Below the pieces are notes generated by a model that had not been told where the DNA came from, searched no databases, and was given only the letters and a program-made list of their open reading frames with translations. The translations under genes were made by a program, and so were the position numbers. A stretch of 64,000 nt of DNA. Origin: Eledone cirrhosa. Taxonomy: Eukaryota. Numbering within the stretch: the stretch's first letter is position 1; each line of letters starts with the position of its first letter. The stretch covers positions 371,318,001 through 371,382,000 of the forward strand of contig OZ024742.1 in the NCBI GenBank assembly GCA_964016885.1, written 5' to 3'. Below are positions 1 to 14,984 of this stretch, one piece after another.

Positions 1-3000
1 GTAGTGAGACATGGGAGGTGAATGTAGAGGTTATGTTATATGGTAGTGAGACATGGGTAGTGAATGTAGAGGTTATGTTACATGGTAGTGAGACATGGGT
101 GGTGAATGTAGAGGTTATGTTACATGGTAATGAGACATGGGTAGTGAATGTAGAGGTTATGTTACATGGTAGTGAGACATGGGTGGTGAATGTAGAGGTT
201 ATGTTACATGGTAGTGAGACATGGGTGGTGAATGTAAAGGTTATGTTACATGGTAGTGAGACATGGGTGGTGAATGTAGAGGTTATGTTACATGGCTGGT
301 GAATGTAGAGGTTATGTTACATGGTAGTGACACATGTGTGGTGAATGTAGAGGTTATGTTACATGGGTGGTGAATGTAGAGGTTATGTTACATGGTAGTG
401 AGACATGGGTGGTGAATGTAGAGGTTATGTTACATGGCTGGTGAATGTAGAGGTTATGTTACATGGTAGTGACACATGTGTGGTGAATGTAGAGGTTATG
501 TTACATGGGTGGTGAATGTAGAGGTTATGTTACATGGTAGTGAGACATGGGTGGTGAATGTAGAGGTTATGTTACATGGTAGTGACACATGGGTAGTGAA
601 TGTAGAGGTTATGTTACATGGGTGGTGAATGTAGAGGTTATGTTACATGGTAATGAGACATGGGTAGTGAATGTAGAGGTTATGTTACATGGTAGTGAAT
701 GTAGACGTTATGTTACATGGTAGTGAGACATGGCTGGTGAATGTAGAGGTTATGTTACATGGTAGTGACACATGTGTGGTGAATGTAGAGGTTATGTTAC
801 ATGGTAGTGAGACATGGGTGGTGAATGTAGAGGTTATGTTACATGGTAGTGAGACATGGGTGGTGAATGTAAAGGTTATGTTACATGGTAGTGAGACATG
901 GGTGGTGAATGTAGAGGTTATGTTACATGGCTGGTGAATGTAGAGGTTATGTTACATGGTAGTGAGACATGGGTGGTGAATGTAGAGGTTATGTTACATG
1001 GTAGTGAGACATGGGTAGCGAATGTAGAGTTTATGTTACAAGGTAGTGAGACATGGGTAGTGAATGTAGAGGTTATGTTACATGGTAGTGAAATCTGGGT
1101 GGTGAATGTAGAGGTTATGTTACATGCTAATGAGACATGGACACTGAATGTAGAGGTTATGTTACATTGTAGTGAGACATGGGTAGTGAATGTAGAGGTT
1201 ATGTTACATGGTAGTGAATGTAGAGGTTATGTTACATGCTAATGAGACATGGACACTGAATGTAGAGGTTATGTTACATGGTAGTGAGATATGGGTGGTG
1301 AATGTAGAGGTTATGTTACATGGTAGTGTGACATAGGTGGTGAATGTAGAGGTTATGTTACATGGTAGTGTGACATAGGTGGTGAATGTAGAGGTTATGT
1401 TACAAGGTAGTGAGACATGGGTGGTGAATGCAGAGGTTATGTTACATGGTAGTGAATGTAGAGGTTATGTTACATGGGTAGTGAATGTAGAGGTTGTTAC
1501 ATGGGTGGTGAATGTAGAGGTTATGTTACATGGTAATGAGACATCGGTAGTGAATGTAGAGGTTATGTTACATGGGTGGTGAATGTAGAGGTTATGTTAC
1601 ATGGTAGTGAATGTAGAGGTTATGTTACATGGTAATGAGACATGGGTATAGAATGTAGAGGTTATGTTACATGGTAGTGAGACATGGGTGGTGAATGTAG
1701 AGGTTATGTTACATGGGTGGTGAATGTAGAGGTTATGTTACATGGTAGTGAGATATGGGTGGTGAATGTAGAGGTTATGTTATATGGTAGTGAGACATGG
1801 GTAGTGAATGTAGAGGTTATGTTACATGGTAGTGAGACATGGGAGGTGAATGTAGAGGTTATGTTATATGGTAGTGAGACATGGGTAGTGAATGTAGAGG
1901 TTATGTTACATGGTAGTGAGACATGGGTGGTGAATGTAGAGGTTATGTTACATGGTAATGAGACATGGGTAGTGAATGTAGAGGTTATGTTACATGGTAG
2001 TGAGACATGGGTGGTGAATGTAGAGGTTATGTTACATGGTAGTGAGACATGGGTGGTGAATGTAAAGGTTATGTTACATGGTAGTGAGACATGGGTGGTG
2101 AATGTAGAGGTTATGTTACATGGCTGGTGAATGTAGAGGTTATGTTACATGGTAGTGACACATGTGTGGTGAATGTAGAGGTTATGTTACATGGTAGTGA
2201 GACATGGGTGGTGAATGTAGATGTTATGTTACATGGTAGTGAGACATGGGTGGTGAATGTAAAGGTTATGTTACATGGTAGTGAGACATGGGTGGTGAAT
2301 GTAGAGGTTATGTTACATGGCTGGTGAATGTAGAGGTTATGTTACATGGTAGTGAGACATGGGTGGTGAATGTAGAGGTTATGTTACATGGTAGTGAGAC
2401 ATGGGTAGCGAATGTAGAGTTTATGTTACAAGGTAGTGAGACATGGGTAGTGAATGTAGAGGTTATGTTACATGGTAGTGAAATCTGGGTGGTGAATGTA
2501 GAGGTTATGTTACATGCTAATGAGACATGGACACTGAATGTAGAGGTTATGTTACATTGTAGTGAGACATGGGTAGTGAATGTAGAGGTTATGTTACATG
2601 GTAGTGAATGTAGAGGTTATGTTACATGGTAGTGAGACATGGGTGGTGAATGTAGAGGTTATGTTACATGGTAGTGAGACATGGGTGGTGAATGTAGAGG
2701 TTATGTTACATGGTAATGAGACATGGGTAGTGAATGTAGAGGTTAAGTTACATGGTAGTGAGACATGGGTGGTGTATGTACGTTATGTTACATGGTAGTG
2801 AGACATGGACAGTGAATGTAGAGGTTATGTTACATGGTAGTGAGACATGGGTGGTGAATGTAGAGGTTATGTTACATGGTAGTGAGACATGGGTAGTGAA
2901 TGTAGAGGTTATGATACATCGTAGTGAGACATGGGTCGTGAATGTAGAGGTTATGTTACAAGGTAGTGAGACATGCGTAGTGAATGTAGAGGTTATGTTA

Positions 3001-6000
3001 CATGGTAATGAGACATGGGTAGTGAATGTAGAGGTTGTGTTACATGGTAGTGAGACGTGGGTAGTGAACGTAAAGGTTATGTTACATGGTAGTGAGGCAT
3101 GGGTAGTGAATGTAGAGGTTATGTTACATGGTAGTGAGACATGGGTAGTGAATGTAGAGGTTATGTTATATGGTAGTGAATGTAGAGGTTATGTTACATG
3201 GTAGTGAGACATGGGTAGTGAATGTAGAGTTTATGTTACAAGGTAGTGAGACATGGGTAGTGAATGTAGAGGTTATGTTACATGGTAGTGAAATCTGGGT
3301 GGTGAATGTAGAGGTTATGTTACATGCTAATGAGACATGGACAGTGAATGTAGAGGTTATGTTACATGGACAATGAATGTAGAGGTTATGTTACATTGTA
3401 GTGAGACATGGGTAGTGAATGTAGAGGTTATGTTACATGGTAGTGAGACATGGGTGGTGAATATAGAGGTTATGTTACATGGTAGTGAATGTAGAGTTTA
3501 TGTTACATGGTAATGAGACATGGGTGGTGAATGTAGAGGTTATGTTACATGGTAATGAGACATGGGTAGTGAATGTAGAGGTTGTGTTACATGGTAGTGA
3601 GACATGGGTAGTGAACGTAGAGGTTATGTTACATGGTAGTGAGGCATGGGTAGTGAATTTAGAGGTTATGTTACATGGTAGTGACACATGGGTAGTGAAT
3701 GTAGAGGTTATGTTATATGGTAGTGAGACATGGGTAGTGAATGTAGAGGTTATGTTACATGGTAGTGAAATCTGGGTGGTGAATATAGAGGTTATGTTAC
3801 ATGCTAATGAGACATGGACAGTGAATGTAGAGGTTATGTTACATTGTAGTGAGACATGGGTAGTGAATGTAGAGGTTATGTTACATGGTAGTGAGACATG
3901 GGTAGTGAATGTAGAGGTTATGTTACATGGTAGTGAATGTAGAGGTTATGTTACATGATAGTGAGACATGGGTGGTGAATGTAGAGGTTATGTTACATGG
4001 TCGTGAATGTAGAGCTTATGTTACATGCTAATGAGACATGGACAGTGAATGTAGAGGTTATGTTACATGGACAGTGAATGTAGAGGTTATGTTACATTGT
4101 AGTGAGACATGGGTAGTGAATGTAGAGGTTATGTTACATGGTAGTGAATGTAGAGGTTATGTTACATGGTAGTGAGACATGGGTAGTGAATGTAGAGGTT
4201 ATGTTACATGGTAGTGTGACATGGGTTGTGAATGTAGAGGTTATGTTACATGGTAGTGAATGTAGAGGTTATGTTACATGGGTAGCGAATGTAGAGATTA
4301 TGTTACAAGGTAGTGAGACATGGGGGGTGAATGTATAGGTTATGTTACATGGTAGCGAGACATGGGTGGTGAATGTAGAGTTTCTGTTTCATGGTAATGA
4401 GACATGGGTAGTGAATGTAGAGGTTGTTACATGGGTAGTGAATGTAGAGGTTATGTTACATGGGTAGTGAATGTAGAGGTTATGTTACATGGTAGTGAAT
4501 GTAGAGGTTATGTTACATGGTAGTGAATGTAGAGGTTATGTTACATGGTAGTGAATGTAGAGGTTATGTTACATGGTAGTGAATGTAGAGGTTATGTTAC
4601 ATGGTAGTGAATGTAGAGATTATGTTACAAAGTAGTGAGACATATGTGATGGATGTAGAGGTTATGTTACATGGTAATGAGACATGGGTGGTGAATGTAG
4701 AGTTTCTGTTACATGGTAATGAGACATGGGTAGTGAATGTAGAGTTTCTGTTACATGGTAATGAGACATGGGTAGTGAATGTAGAGGTTATGTTTCATGG
4801 TAGTGAGACGTGGGTAGTGAATGTAGAGGTTATGTTATATGGTAGTGAGACATGGGTAGTGAATGTAGGGGTTATGTTACATGGTAGTGAATGTAGAGGT
4901 TATGTTACATGGTAGTGAGACATGGGTGGTGAATGTAGAGGTTATGTTACATGGTAGTGAGACATGGGTGGTGAATGTAGAGATTATGTTACATGGTAGT
5001 GAGACATGGACAGGGAATGTAGAGGTTAAGTTACATGGTAGTGAGATATGCGTGGTGAATGTAGAGGTTGTTACATGGTAGTGAGACATGGGTATTGAAC
5101 GTAGAGGTTATGTTACATGGTAGTGAGACATGGGTGTTGAATGTAGAGGTTATGTTACATGGTAGTGAATGTAGAGGTTATGTTACATGGTAGTGAGACA
5201 TGGGGAATGAATGTAGATGTTATGTTACATGGTAGGGAATGTAGAGGTTATGTTACATGGTAATGAGACATGGGAGTGAATGTAGAGGTTATGTTACATT
5301 GTAGTGAGACATGGGTAGTGAATGTAGAGGTTATGTTACATGGTAGTGAGACATGGGTAGTGAATGTAGAGGTTATGTTACATGGTAGTGAGACATGGGT
5401 GGTGAATGTAGAGGTTATGTTACATGGTAGTGAATATAGAGGTTATGTTACATGGTAGTGAAATCTGGGTGGTGAATGTAGAGGTTATGTTACATGCTAA
5501 TGAGACATGGACAGTGAATGTAGAGGTTATGTTACATGGTAGTGAGATATGGGTAGTGAATGTAGAGGTTATGTTACATGGTAGTGAGACATGGACAGTG
5601 AATGTAGAGGTTATGTTACATGGTAGTGAGTCATGGGTGGTGAATGTAGAGGTTATGTTACATGGTAGTGAGACATGGGTGGTGAATGTAGAGGTTATGT
5701 TACATGGTAGTGAGACATGGGTGGTGAATGTAGAGGTTATGTTACATGGTAGTGAATATAGAGGTTATGTTACATGGTAGTGAGGCATGGACAGTGAATG
5801 TAGAGGTTATGTTACATGGTAGTGAGATATGGGTAGTGAATGTAGAGGTTATGTTACATGGTAGTGAGATATGGGTAGTGAATGTAGAGGTTATGTTACA
5901 TGGTAGTGAGATATGGGTAGTGAATGTAGAGGTTATGTTACATGGTGGTGAGACATGGGTGGTAAATGTAGAGGTTATGTTACATGGTAGTGAGACATGG

Positions 6001-9000
6001 GTGGTGAATGTAGAGGTTATGTTACATGGTAGTGAATGTAGAGGTTATGTTACATGGCTGGTGAATGTAGAGGTTATGTTACATGGTAGTGAGACATGGG
6101 TGGTGAATGTAGAGGTTATGTTATATGGTAGTGAGACATGGGTGGTGAATGTAGAGGTTATGTTACATGGTAGTGACACATGGGTAGTGAATGTAGAGGT
6201 TATGTTACATGGTAGTGAGACATGGGTGGTGAATGTAGAGGTTATGTTACATGGTAGTGAATGTAGAGGTTATGTTACATGGCTGGTGAATGTAGAGGTT
6301 ATGTTACATGGTAGTGAGACATGGGTGGTGAATGTAGAGGTTATGTTATATGGTAGTGAGACATGGCTGGTGAATGTAGAGGTTATGTTACATGGTAGTG
6401 ACACATGGCTAGTGAATGTAGAGGTTATGTTACATGGTAGTGAATGTAGAGGTTATGTTACATGGGTGGTGAATGTAAAGGTTATGTTACATGGTATTGA
6501 GATACGGGTGGTGAATGTAGAGGTTATGTTACATGGTAGTGTGACATAGGTGGTGAATGTAGAGGTTATGTTACATGGTAGTGTGACATAGGTGGTGAAT
6601 GTAGAGGTTATGTTACAAGGTAGTGAGACATGGGTGGTGAATGCAGAGGTTATGTTACATGGTAGTGAGACATGGACAGTGAATGTAGAGGTTATGTTAC
6701 ATGGGTAGTGAATGTAGAGGTTGTTACATGGGTGGTGAATGTAGAGGTTATGTTACATGGTAATGAGACATCGGTAGTGAATGTAGAGGTTATGTTACAT
6801 GGGTGGTGAATGTAGAGGTTATGTTACATGGGTAGTGAATGTAGAGGTTATGTTACATGGTAATGAGACATGGGTATAGAATGTAGGTTATGTTACATGG
6901 TAGTGAGACATGGGTGGTGAATGTAGAGGTTATGTTACATGGGTGGTGAATGTAGAGGTTATGTTACATGGTAGTGAGATATGGGTGGTGAATGTAGAGG
7001 TTATGTTATATGGTAGTGAGACATGGGTAGTGAATGTAGAGGTTATGTTACATCGTAGTGAGACATGGGAGGTGAATGTAGAGGTTATGTTATATGGTAG
7101 TGAGACATGGGTAGTGAATGTAGAGGTTATGTTACATGGTAGTGAGACATGGGTGGTGAATGTAGAGGTTATGTTACATGGTAATGAGACATGGGTAGTG
7201 AATGTAGAGGTTATGTTACATGGTAGTGAGACATGGGTGGTGAATGTAGAGGTTATGTTACATGGTAGTGAGACATGGGTGGTGAATGTAAAGGTTATGT
7301 TACATGGTAGTGAGACATGGGTGGTGAATGTAGAGGTTATGTTACATGGCTGGTGAATGTAGAGGTTATGTTACATGGTAGTGACACATGTGTGGTGAAT
7401 GTAGAGGTTATGTTACATGGGTGGTGAATGTAGAGGTTATGTTACATGGTAGTGAGACATGGGTGGTGAATGTAGAGGTTATGTTACATGGCTGGTGAAT
7501 GTAGAGGTTATGTTACATGGTAGTGACACATGTGTGGTGAATGTAGAGGTTATGTTACATGGGTGGTGAATGTAGAGGTTATGTTACATGGTAGTGAGAC
7601 ATGGGTGGTGAATGTAGAGGTTATGTTACATGGTAGTGACACATGGGTAGTGAATGTAGAGGTTATGTTACATGGGTGGTGAATGTAGAGGTTATGTTAC
7701 ATGGTAATGAGACATGGGTAGTGAATGTAGAGGTTATGTTACATGGTAGTGAATGTAGACGTTATGTTACATGGTAGTGAGACATGGCTGGTGAATGTAG
7801 AGGTTATGTTACATGGTAGTGACACATGTGTGGTGAATGTAGAGGTTATGTTACATGGTAGTGAGACATGGGTGGTGAATGTAGAGGTTATGTTACATGG
7901 TAGTGAGACATGGGTGGTGAATGTAAAGGTTATGTTACATGGTAGTGAGACATGGGTGGTGAATGTAGAGGTTATGTTACATGGCTGGTGAATGTAGAGG
8001 TTATGTTACATGGTAGTGAGACATGGGTGGTGAATGTAGAGGTTATGTTACATGGTAGTGAGACATGGGTAGCGAATGTAGAGTTTATGTTACAAGGTAG
8101 TGAGACATGGGTAGTGAATGTAGAGGTTATGTTACATGGTAGTGAAATCTGGGTGGTGAATGTAGAGGTTATGTTACATGCTAATGAGACATGGACACTG
8201 AATGTAGAGGTTATGTTACATTGTAGTGAGACATGGGTAGTGAATGTAGAGGTTATGTTACATGGTAGTGAATGTAGAGGTTATGTTACATGCTAATGAG
8301 ACATGGACACTGAATGTAGAGGTTATGTTACATGGTAGTGAGATATGGGTGGTGAATGTAGAGGTTATGTTACATGGTAGTGTGACATAGGTGGTGAATG
8401 TAGAGGTTATGTTACATGGTAGTGTGACATAGGTGGTGAATGTAGAGGTTATGTTACAAGGTAGTGAGACATGGGTGGTGAATGCAGAGGTTATGTTACA
8501 TGGTAGTGAATGTAGAGGTTATGTTACATGGGTAGTGAATGTAGAGGTTGTTACATGGGTGGTGAATGTAGAGGTTATGTTACATGGTAATGAGACATCG
8601 GTAGTGAATGTAGAGGTTATGTTACATGGGTGGTGAATGTAGAGGTTATGTTACATGGTAGTGAATGTAGAGGTTATGTTACATGGTAATGAGACATGGG
8701 TATAGAATGTAGAGGTTATGTTACATGGTAGTGAGACATGGGTGGTGAATGTAGAGGTTATGTTACATGGGTGGTGAATGTAGAGGTTATGTTACATGGT
8801 AGTGAGATATGGGTGGTGAATGTAGAGGTTATGTTATATGGTAGTGAGACATGGGTAGTGAATGTAGAGGTTATGTTACATGGTAGTGAGACATGGGAGG
8901 TGAATGTAGAGGTTATGTTATATGGTAGTGAGACATGGGTAGTGAATGTAGAGGTTATGTTACATGGTAGTGAGACATGGGTGGTGAATGTAGAGGTTAT

Positions 9001-12000
9001 GTTACATGGTAATGAGACATGGGTAGTGAATGTAGAGGTTATGTTACATGGTAGTGAGACATGGGTGGTGAATGTAGAGGTTATGTTACATGGTAGTGAG
9101 ACATGGGTGGTGAATGTAAAGGTTATGTTACATGGTAGTGAGACATGGGTGGTGAATGTAGAGGTTATGTTACATGGCTGGTGAATGTAGAGGTTATGTT
9201 ACATGGTAGTGACACATGTGTGGTGAATGTAGAGGTTATGTTACATGGTAGTGAGACATGGGTGGTGAATGTAGATGTTATGTTACATGGTAGTGAGACA
9301 TGGGTGGTGAATGTAAAGGTTATGTTACATGGTAGTGAGACATGGGTGGTGAATGTAGAGGTTATGTTACATGGCTGGTGAATGTAGAGGTTATGTTACA
9401 TGGTAGTGAGACATGGGTGGTGAATGTAGAGGTTATGTTACATGGTAGTGAGACATGGGTAGCGAATGTAGAGTTTATGTTACAAGGTAGTGAGACATGG
9501 GTAGTGAATGTAGAGGTTATGTTACATGGTAGTGAAATCTGGGTGGTGAATGTAGAGGTTATGTTACATGCTAATGAGACATGGACACTGAATGTAGAGG
9601 TTATGTTACATTGTAGTGAGACATGGGTAGTGAATGTAGAGGTTATGTTACATGGTAGTGAATGTAGAGGTTATGTTACATGGTAGTGAGACATGGGTGG
9701 TGAATGTAGAGGTTATGTTACATGGTAGTGAGACATGGGTGGTGAATGTAGAGGTTATGTTACATGGTAATGAGACATGGGTAGTGAATGTAGAGGTTAA
9801 GTTACATGGTAGTGAGACATGGGTGGTGTATGTACGTTATGTTACATGGTAGTGAGACATGGACAGTGAATGTAGAGGTTATGTTACATGGTAGTGAGAC
9901 ATGGGTGGTGAATGTAGAGGTTATGTTACATGGTAGTGAGACATGGGTAGTGAATGTAGAGGTTATGATACATCGTAGTGAGACATGGGTCGTGAATGTA
10001 GAGGTTATGTTACAAGGTAGTGAGACATGCGTAGTGAATGTAGAGGTTATGTTACATGGTAATGAGACATGGGTAGTGAATGTAGAGGTTGTGTTACATG
10101 GTAGTGAGACGTGGGTAGTGAACGTAAAGGTTATGTTACATGGTAGTGAGGCATGGGTAGTGAATGTAGAGGTTATGTTACATGGTAGTGAGACATGGGT
10201 AGTGAATGTAGAGGTTATGTTATATGGTAGTGAATGTAGAGGTTATGTTACATGGTAGTGAGACATGGGTAGTGAATGTAGAGTTTATGTTACAAGGTAG
10301 TGAGACATGGGTAGTGAATGTAGAGGTTATGTTACATGGTAGTGAAATCTGGGTGGTGAATGTAGAGGTTATGTTACATGCTAATGAGACATGGACAGTG
10401 AATGTAGAGGTTATGTTACATGGACAATGAATGTAGAGGTTATGTTACATTGTAGTGAGACATGGGTAGTGAATGTAGAGGTTATGTTACATGGTAGTGA
10501 GACATGGGTGGTGAATATAGAGGTTATGTTACATGGTAGTGAATGTAGAGTTTATGTTACATGGTAATGAGACATGGGTGGTGAATGTAGAGGTTATGTT
10601 ACATGGTAATGAGACATGGGTAGTGAATGTAGAGGTTGTGTTACATGGTAGTGAGACATGGGTAGTGAACGTAGAGGTTATGTTACATGGTAGTGAGGCA
10701 TGGGTAGTGAATTTAGAGGTTATGTTACATGGTAGTGACACATGGGTAGTGAATGTAGAGGTTATGTTATATGGTAGTGAGACATGGGTAGTGAATGTAG
10801 AGGTTATGTTACATGGTAGTGAAATCTGGGTGGTGAATATAGAGGTTATGTTACATGCTAATGAGACATGGACAGTGAATGTAGAGGTTATGTTACATTG
10901 TAGTGAGACATGGGTAGTGAATGTAGAGGTTATGTTACATGGTAGTGAGACATGGGTAGTGAATGTAGAGGTTATGTTACATGGTAGTGAATGTAGAGGT
11001 TATGTTACATGATAGTGAGACATGGGTGGTGAATGTAGAGGTTATGTTACATGGTCGTGAATGTAGAGCTTATGTTACATGCTAATGAGACATGGACAGT
11101 GAATGTAGAGGTTATGTTACATGGACAGTGAATGTAGAGGTTATGTTACATTGTAGTGAGACATGGGTAGTGAATGTAGAGGTTATGTTACATGGTAGTG
11201 AATGTAGAGGTTATGTTACATGGTAGTGAGACATGGGTAGTGAATGTAGAGGTTATGTTACATGGTAGTGAGACATGGGTTGTGAATGTAGAGGTTATGT
11301 TACATGGTAGTGAATGTAGAGGTTATGTTACATGGTAGTGAGACATGGGTAGCGAATGTAGAGATTATGTTACAAGGTAGTGAGACATGGGGGGTGAATG
11401 TATAGGTTATGTTACATGGTAGCGAGACATGGGTGGTGAATGTAGAGTTTCTGTTTCATGGTAATGAGACATGGGTAGTGAATGTAGAGGTTGTTACATG
11501 GGTAGTGAATGTAGAGGTTATGTTACATGGGTAGTGAATGTAGAGGTTATGTTACATGGTAGTGAATGTAGAGGTTATGTTACATGGTAGTGAATGTAGA
11601 GGTTATGTTACATGGTAGTGAATGTAGAGGTTATGTTACATGGTAGTGAATGTAGAGGTTATGTTACATGGTAGTGAATGTAGAGATTATGTTACAAAGT
11701 AGTGAGACATATGTGATGGATGTAGAGGTTATGTTACATGGTAATGAGACATGGGTGGTGAATGTAGAGTTTCTGTTACATGGTAATGAGACATGGGTAG
11801 TGAATGTAGAGTTTCTGTTACATGGTAATGAGACATGGGTAGTGAATGTAGAGGTTATGTTTCATGGTAGTGAGACGTGGGTAGTGAATGTAGAGGTTAT
11901 GTTATATGGTAGTGAGACATGGGTAGTGAATGTAGGGGTTATGTTACATGGTAGTGAATGTAGAGGTTATGTTACATGGTAGTGAGACATGGGTGGTGAA

Positions 12001-14984
12001 TGTAGAGGTTATGTTACATGGTAGTGAGACATGGGTGGTGAATGTAGAGATTATGTTACATGGTAGTGAGACATGGACAGGGAATGTAGAGGTTAAGTTA
12101 CATGGTAGTGAGATATGCGTGGTGAATGTAGAGGTTGTTACATGGTAGTGAGACATGGGTATTGAACGTAGAGGTTATGTTACATGGTAGTGAGACATGG
12201 GTGTTGAATGTAGAGGTTATGTTACATGGTAGTGAGACATGGGTAGTGAATGTAGAGGTTATGTTACATGGTAGTGAGACATGGGGAATGAATGTAGATG
12301 TTATGTTACATGGTAGGGAATGTAGAGGTTATGTTACATGGTAATGAGACATGGGAGTGAATGTAGAGGTTATGTTACAAGGTAGTGAATGTAGAGATTA
12401 TGTTACATGGTAGTGAAATCTGGGTGGTGAATGTAGAGGTTATGTTACATGCTAATGAGACATGGACAGTGAATGTAGAGCTTATGTTACATGGTAATGA
12501 GACATGGGTTGTGAATGTAGAGGTTAAGTTAGATGGTAGTGAAACATGGGTGGTGAATGTAGAGGTTATGTTACATGGTAGTGAGACATGGACAGTGAAT
12601 GTAGAGGTTATGGTACATGGTAGTGAGACATGGGTGGTGAATGTAGAGCTTATGTTACATGGGTAGTGAATGTAAAGGTTATGTTACATGGGTAGTGAAT
12701 GTAGAGGTTATGTTACATGGTAGTGAGACATGGACAGTGAATGTAGAGGTTATGTTACATGGGTAGTGAATGTAGAGGTTATGTTACATGGGTAGTGAAT
12801 GTAGAGGTTATGTTACATGGGTAGTGAATGTAGAGGTTATGTTACATGGGTGGTGAATGTAGAGGTTATGTTACATGGTAGTGAGCCATGGGTAGTGAAT
12901 GTAGAGGTTATGTTACATGGTAGGGAGACATGGGTGGTGAATGTAGAGGTTATGTTACAAGGTAGTGAAACATGGAGTGAATGTAGATGTTATGTTACAT
13001 GGTAGGGAGACATGGGTGGTGAATGTAGAGGTTATGTTACATGGTAGTGAGACATGGGGAGTGAATGTAGAGGTTATGTTACAAGGTAGTGAGACATGGG
13101 TAGTGAATGTAGAGGTTATGTTACATGGTAGTGAAATCTGGGTGGTGAATGTAGAGGTTATGTTACATGCTAATGAGACATGGACAGTGAATGTAGAGGT
13201 TATGTTACATGGTAATGAGACATGGACAGTGAATGTAGAGGTTATGTTACATGGTAGTGAGACATGGGTGGTGATTGTAGAGGTTATGTTACATGGTAGT
13301 GAATGTAGAGGTTATGTTACATGGTAGTGAGACATGGGTGGTGAATGTAGAGGTTAAGTTAGATGGTAGTGAGACATGGGTGGTGAATGGAGAGGTTATG
13401 TTACATGGTAGTGAGACATGGGTAGTGAATGTAGAGGTTATGTTACATGGGTGGTGAATGTAGAGGTTATGTTACATGGTAGTGAATGTAGAGGTTATGT
13501 TACATAGTAATGAGACATGGGTGGTGAATGTAGAGTTTGTTTCGTGGTAATGAGACATGGGTAGTGAATGTAGAGGTTATGTTACATGGTAGTGAGACAT
13601 GGGCAGTGAATGTAGAGGTTATGTTACATGGTAGGGAGACATGGGTCGTGAATGTAAAGGTAATGTTACAAGCTAGTGAGACATGGGTAGTGAATGTAGA
13701 TGTTATGTTACATGGTAGGGAGACATGGGTGGTGAATGTAGAGGTTATGTTACATCGTAGTGAGACATGGGGAGTGAACGTAGAGGTTATGTTACAAGGT
13801 AGTGAGACATGGGGGGTGAATGTAGAGGTTATGTTACAAGGTAGTGAGACATGGGTAGTGAATGTAGAGGTTATGTTACATGGTAGTGAATCATGGGGAG
13901 TGAATGTAGAGGTTATGTTACATGGTAGTGAGACATGGGGGGTGAATGTAGAGGTTATGTTACAAGGTAGTGAGACATGGGTAGTGAATGTAGAGGTTAT
14001 GTTACATGGTAGTGAGACATGGGGAGTGAATGTAGAGGTTATGTTACATGCTAATGAGACATGGACAGTGAATGTAGAGGTTGTTACATGCTAATGAGAC
14101 ATGGACAGTGAATGTAGAGGTTATGTTACATTGTAGTGAGACATGGGTAGTGAATGTAGATGTTATGTTACATGGTAGTGAGACATGGGTAGTGAATGTA
14201 GATGTTATGTTACATGGTAGTGAGACATGGGTAGTGAATGTAGAGGTTATGTTACATGGTAGTGAGACATGGGTGGTGAATGTATAGTTTATGTTACATG
14301 GTAGTGAATGTAGAGGTTGTGTTACATGGACAGTGAATGTAGAGGTTATGTTACATGGTAGTGAGACATGGGTAGTGAATGTAGAGGTTATGTTACATGG
14401 TAGTGAGACATGGGTACTGAATGTAGAGGTTATGTTACATGGTAGTGAATGTTTGAGGTTGTTACATTGTAGTGAGACATGGACAGTGAATGTAGAGGTT
14501 ATGTTACATGGTAGTGAGACATGGACAGTGAATGTAGAGGTTGTTACATGGTAGTGAATGTAGAGGTTGTTACATGGTAGTGAATGTAGAGGTTATGTTA
14601 CATGGTAGTAACACATGGGTGGTGAATGTAGAGGTTATGTTACATGGTAGTGAGACATGGACAGTGAATGTAGAGGTTATGTTACATGGTAGTGAGACAT
14701 GGGTAGTGAATGTAGAGGTTATGTTACATGGTAGTGAGGCATGGGTGGTGAATGTAGAGGTTATGTTACATGGTAGTGAATGTAGAGCTTATGTTACATG
14801 GTAGTGAGACATGGGTAGTGACTGTAGAGGTTATGTTACATGGTAGTGAGACATGGGTAGTGAATGTAGAGGTTATGTTACATGGTAGTGAATGTAGAGG
14901 TCATGTTACATGGTAGTGAGACATGGGTGGTGAATGTAGAGGTTATGTTACATGGTAGTGAGACATGGACAGTGAATGTAGAGG
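1..14984 (+). repeat. Satellite A: tandem array of a 42-bp unit (GTAGTGAGACATGGGTRGTGAATGTAGAGGTTATGTTACATG) mixed with 28/29-bp deletion variants; continues off the left edge; intronic
   Basis: The unit is readable throughout and ORFs show a 14-aa period (GSETWVVNVEVMLH). The array ends at ...GTAGAGG|ATGTGTGAC (14984). Roughly 350-400 units, estimated from length. Confidence 0.98.

Noticed and set aside
18-14804. Dozens of ORFs encoding (GSETWVVNVEVMLH)n as a repetitive protein gene
   Set aside because: The 42-bp unit is a multiple of 3 with a stop-free frame. Frequent 28/29-bp units break the frame at random, and the region is intronic to mTOR.
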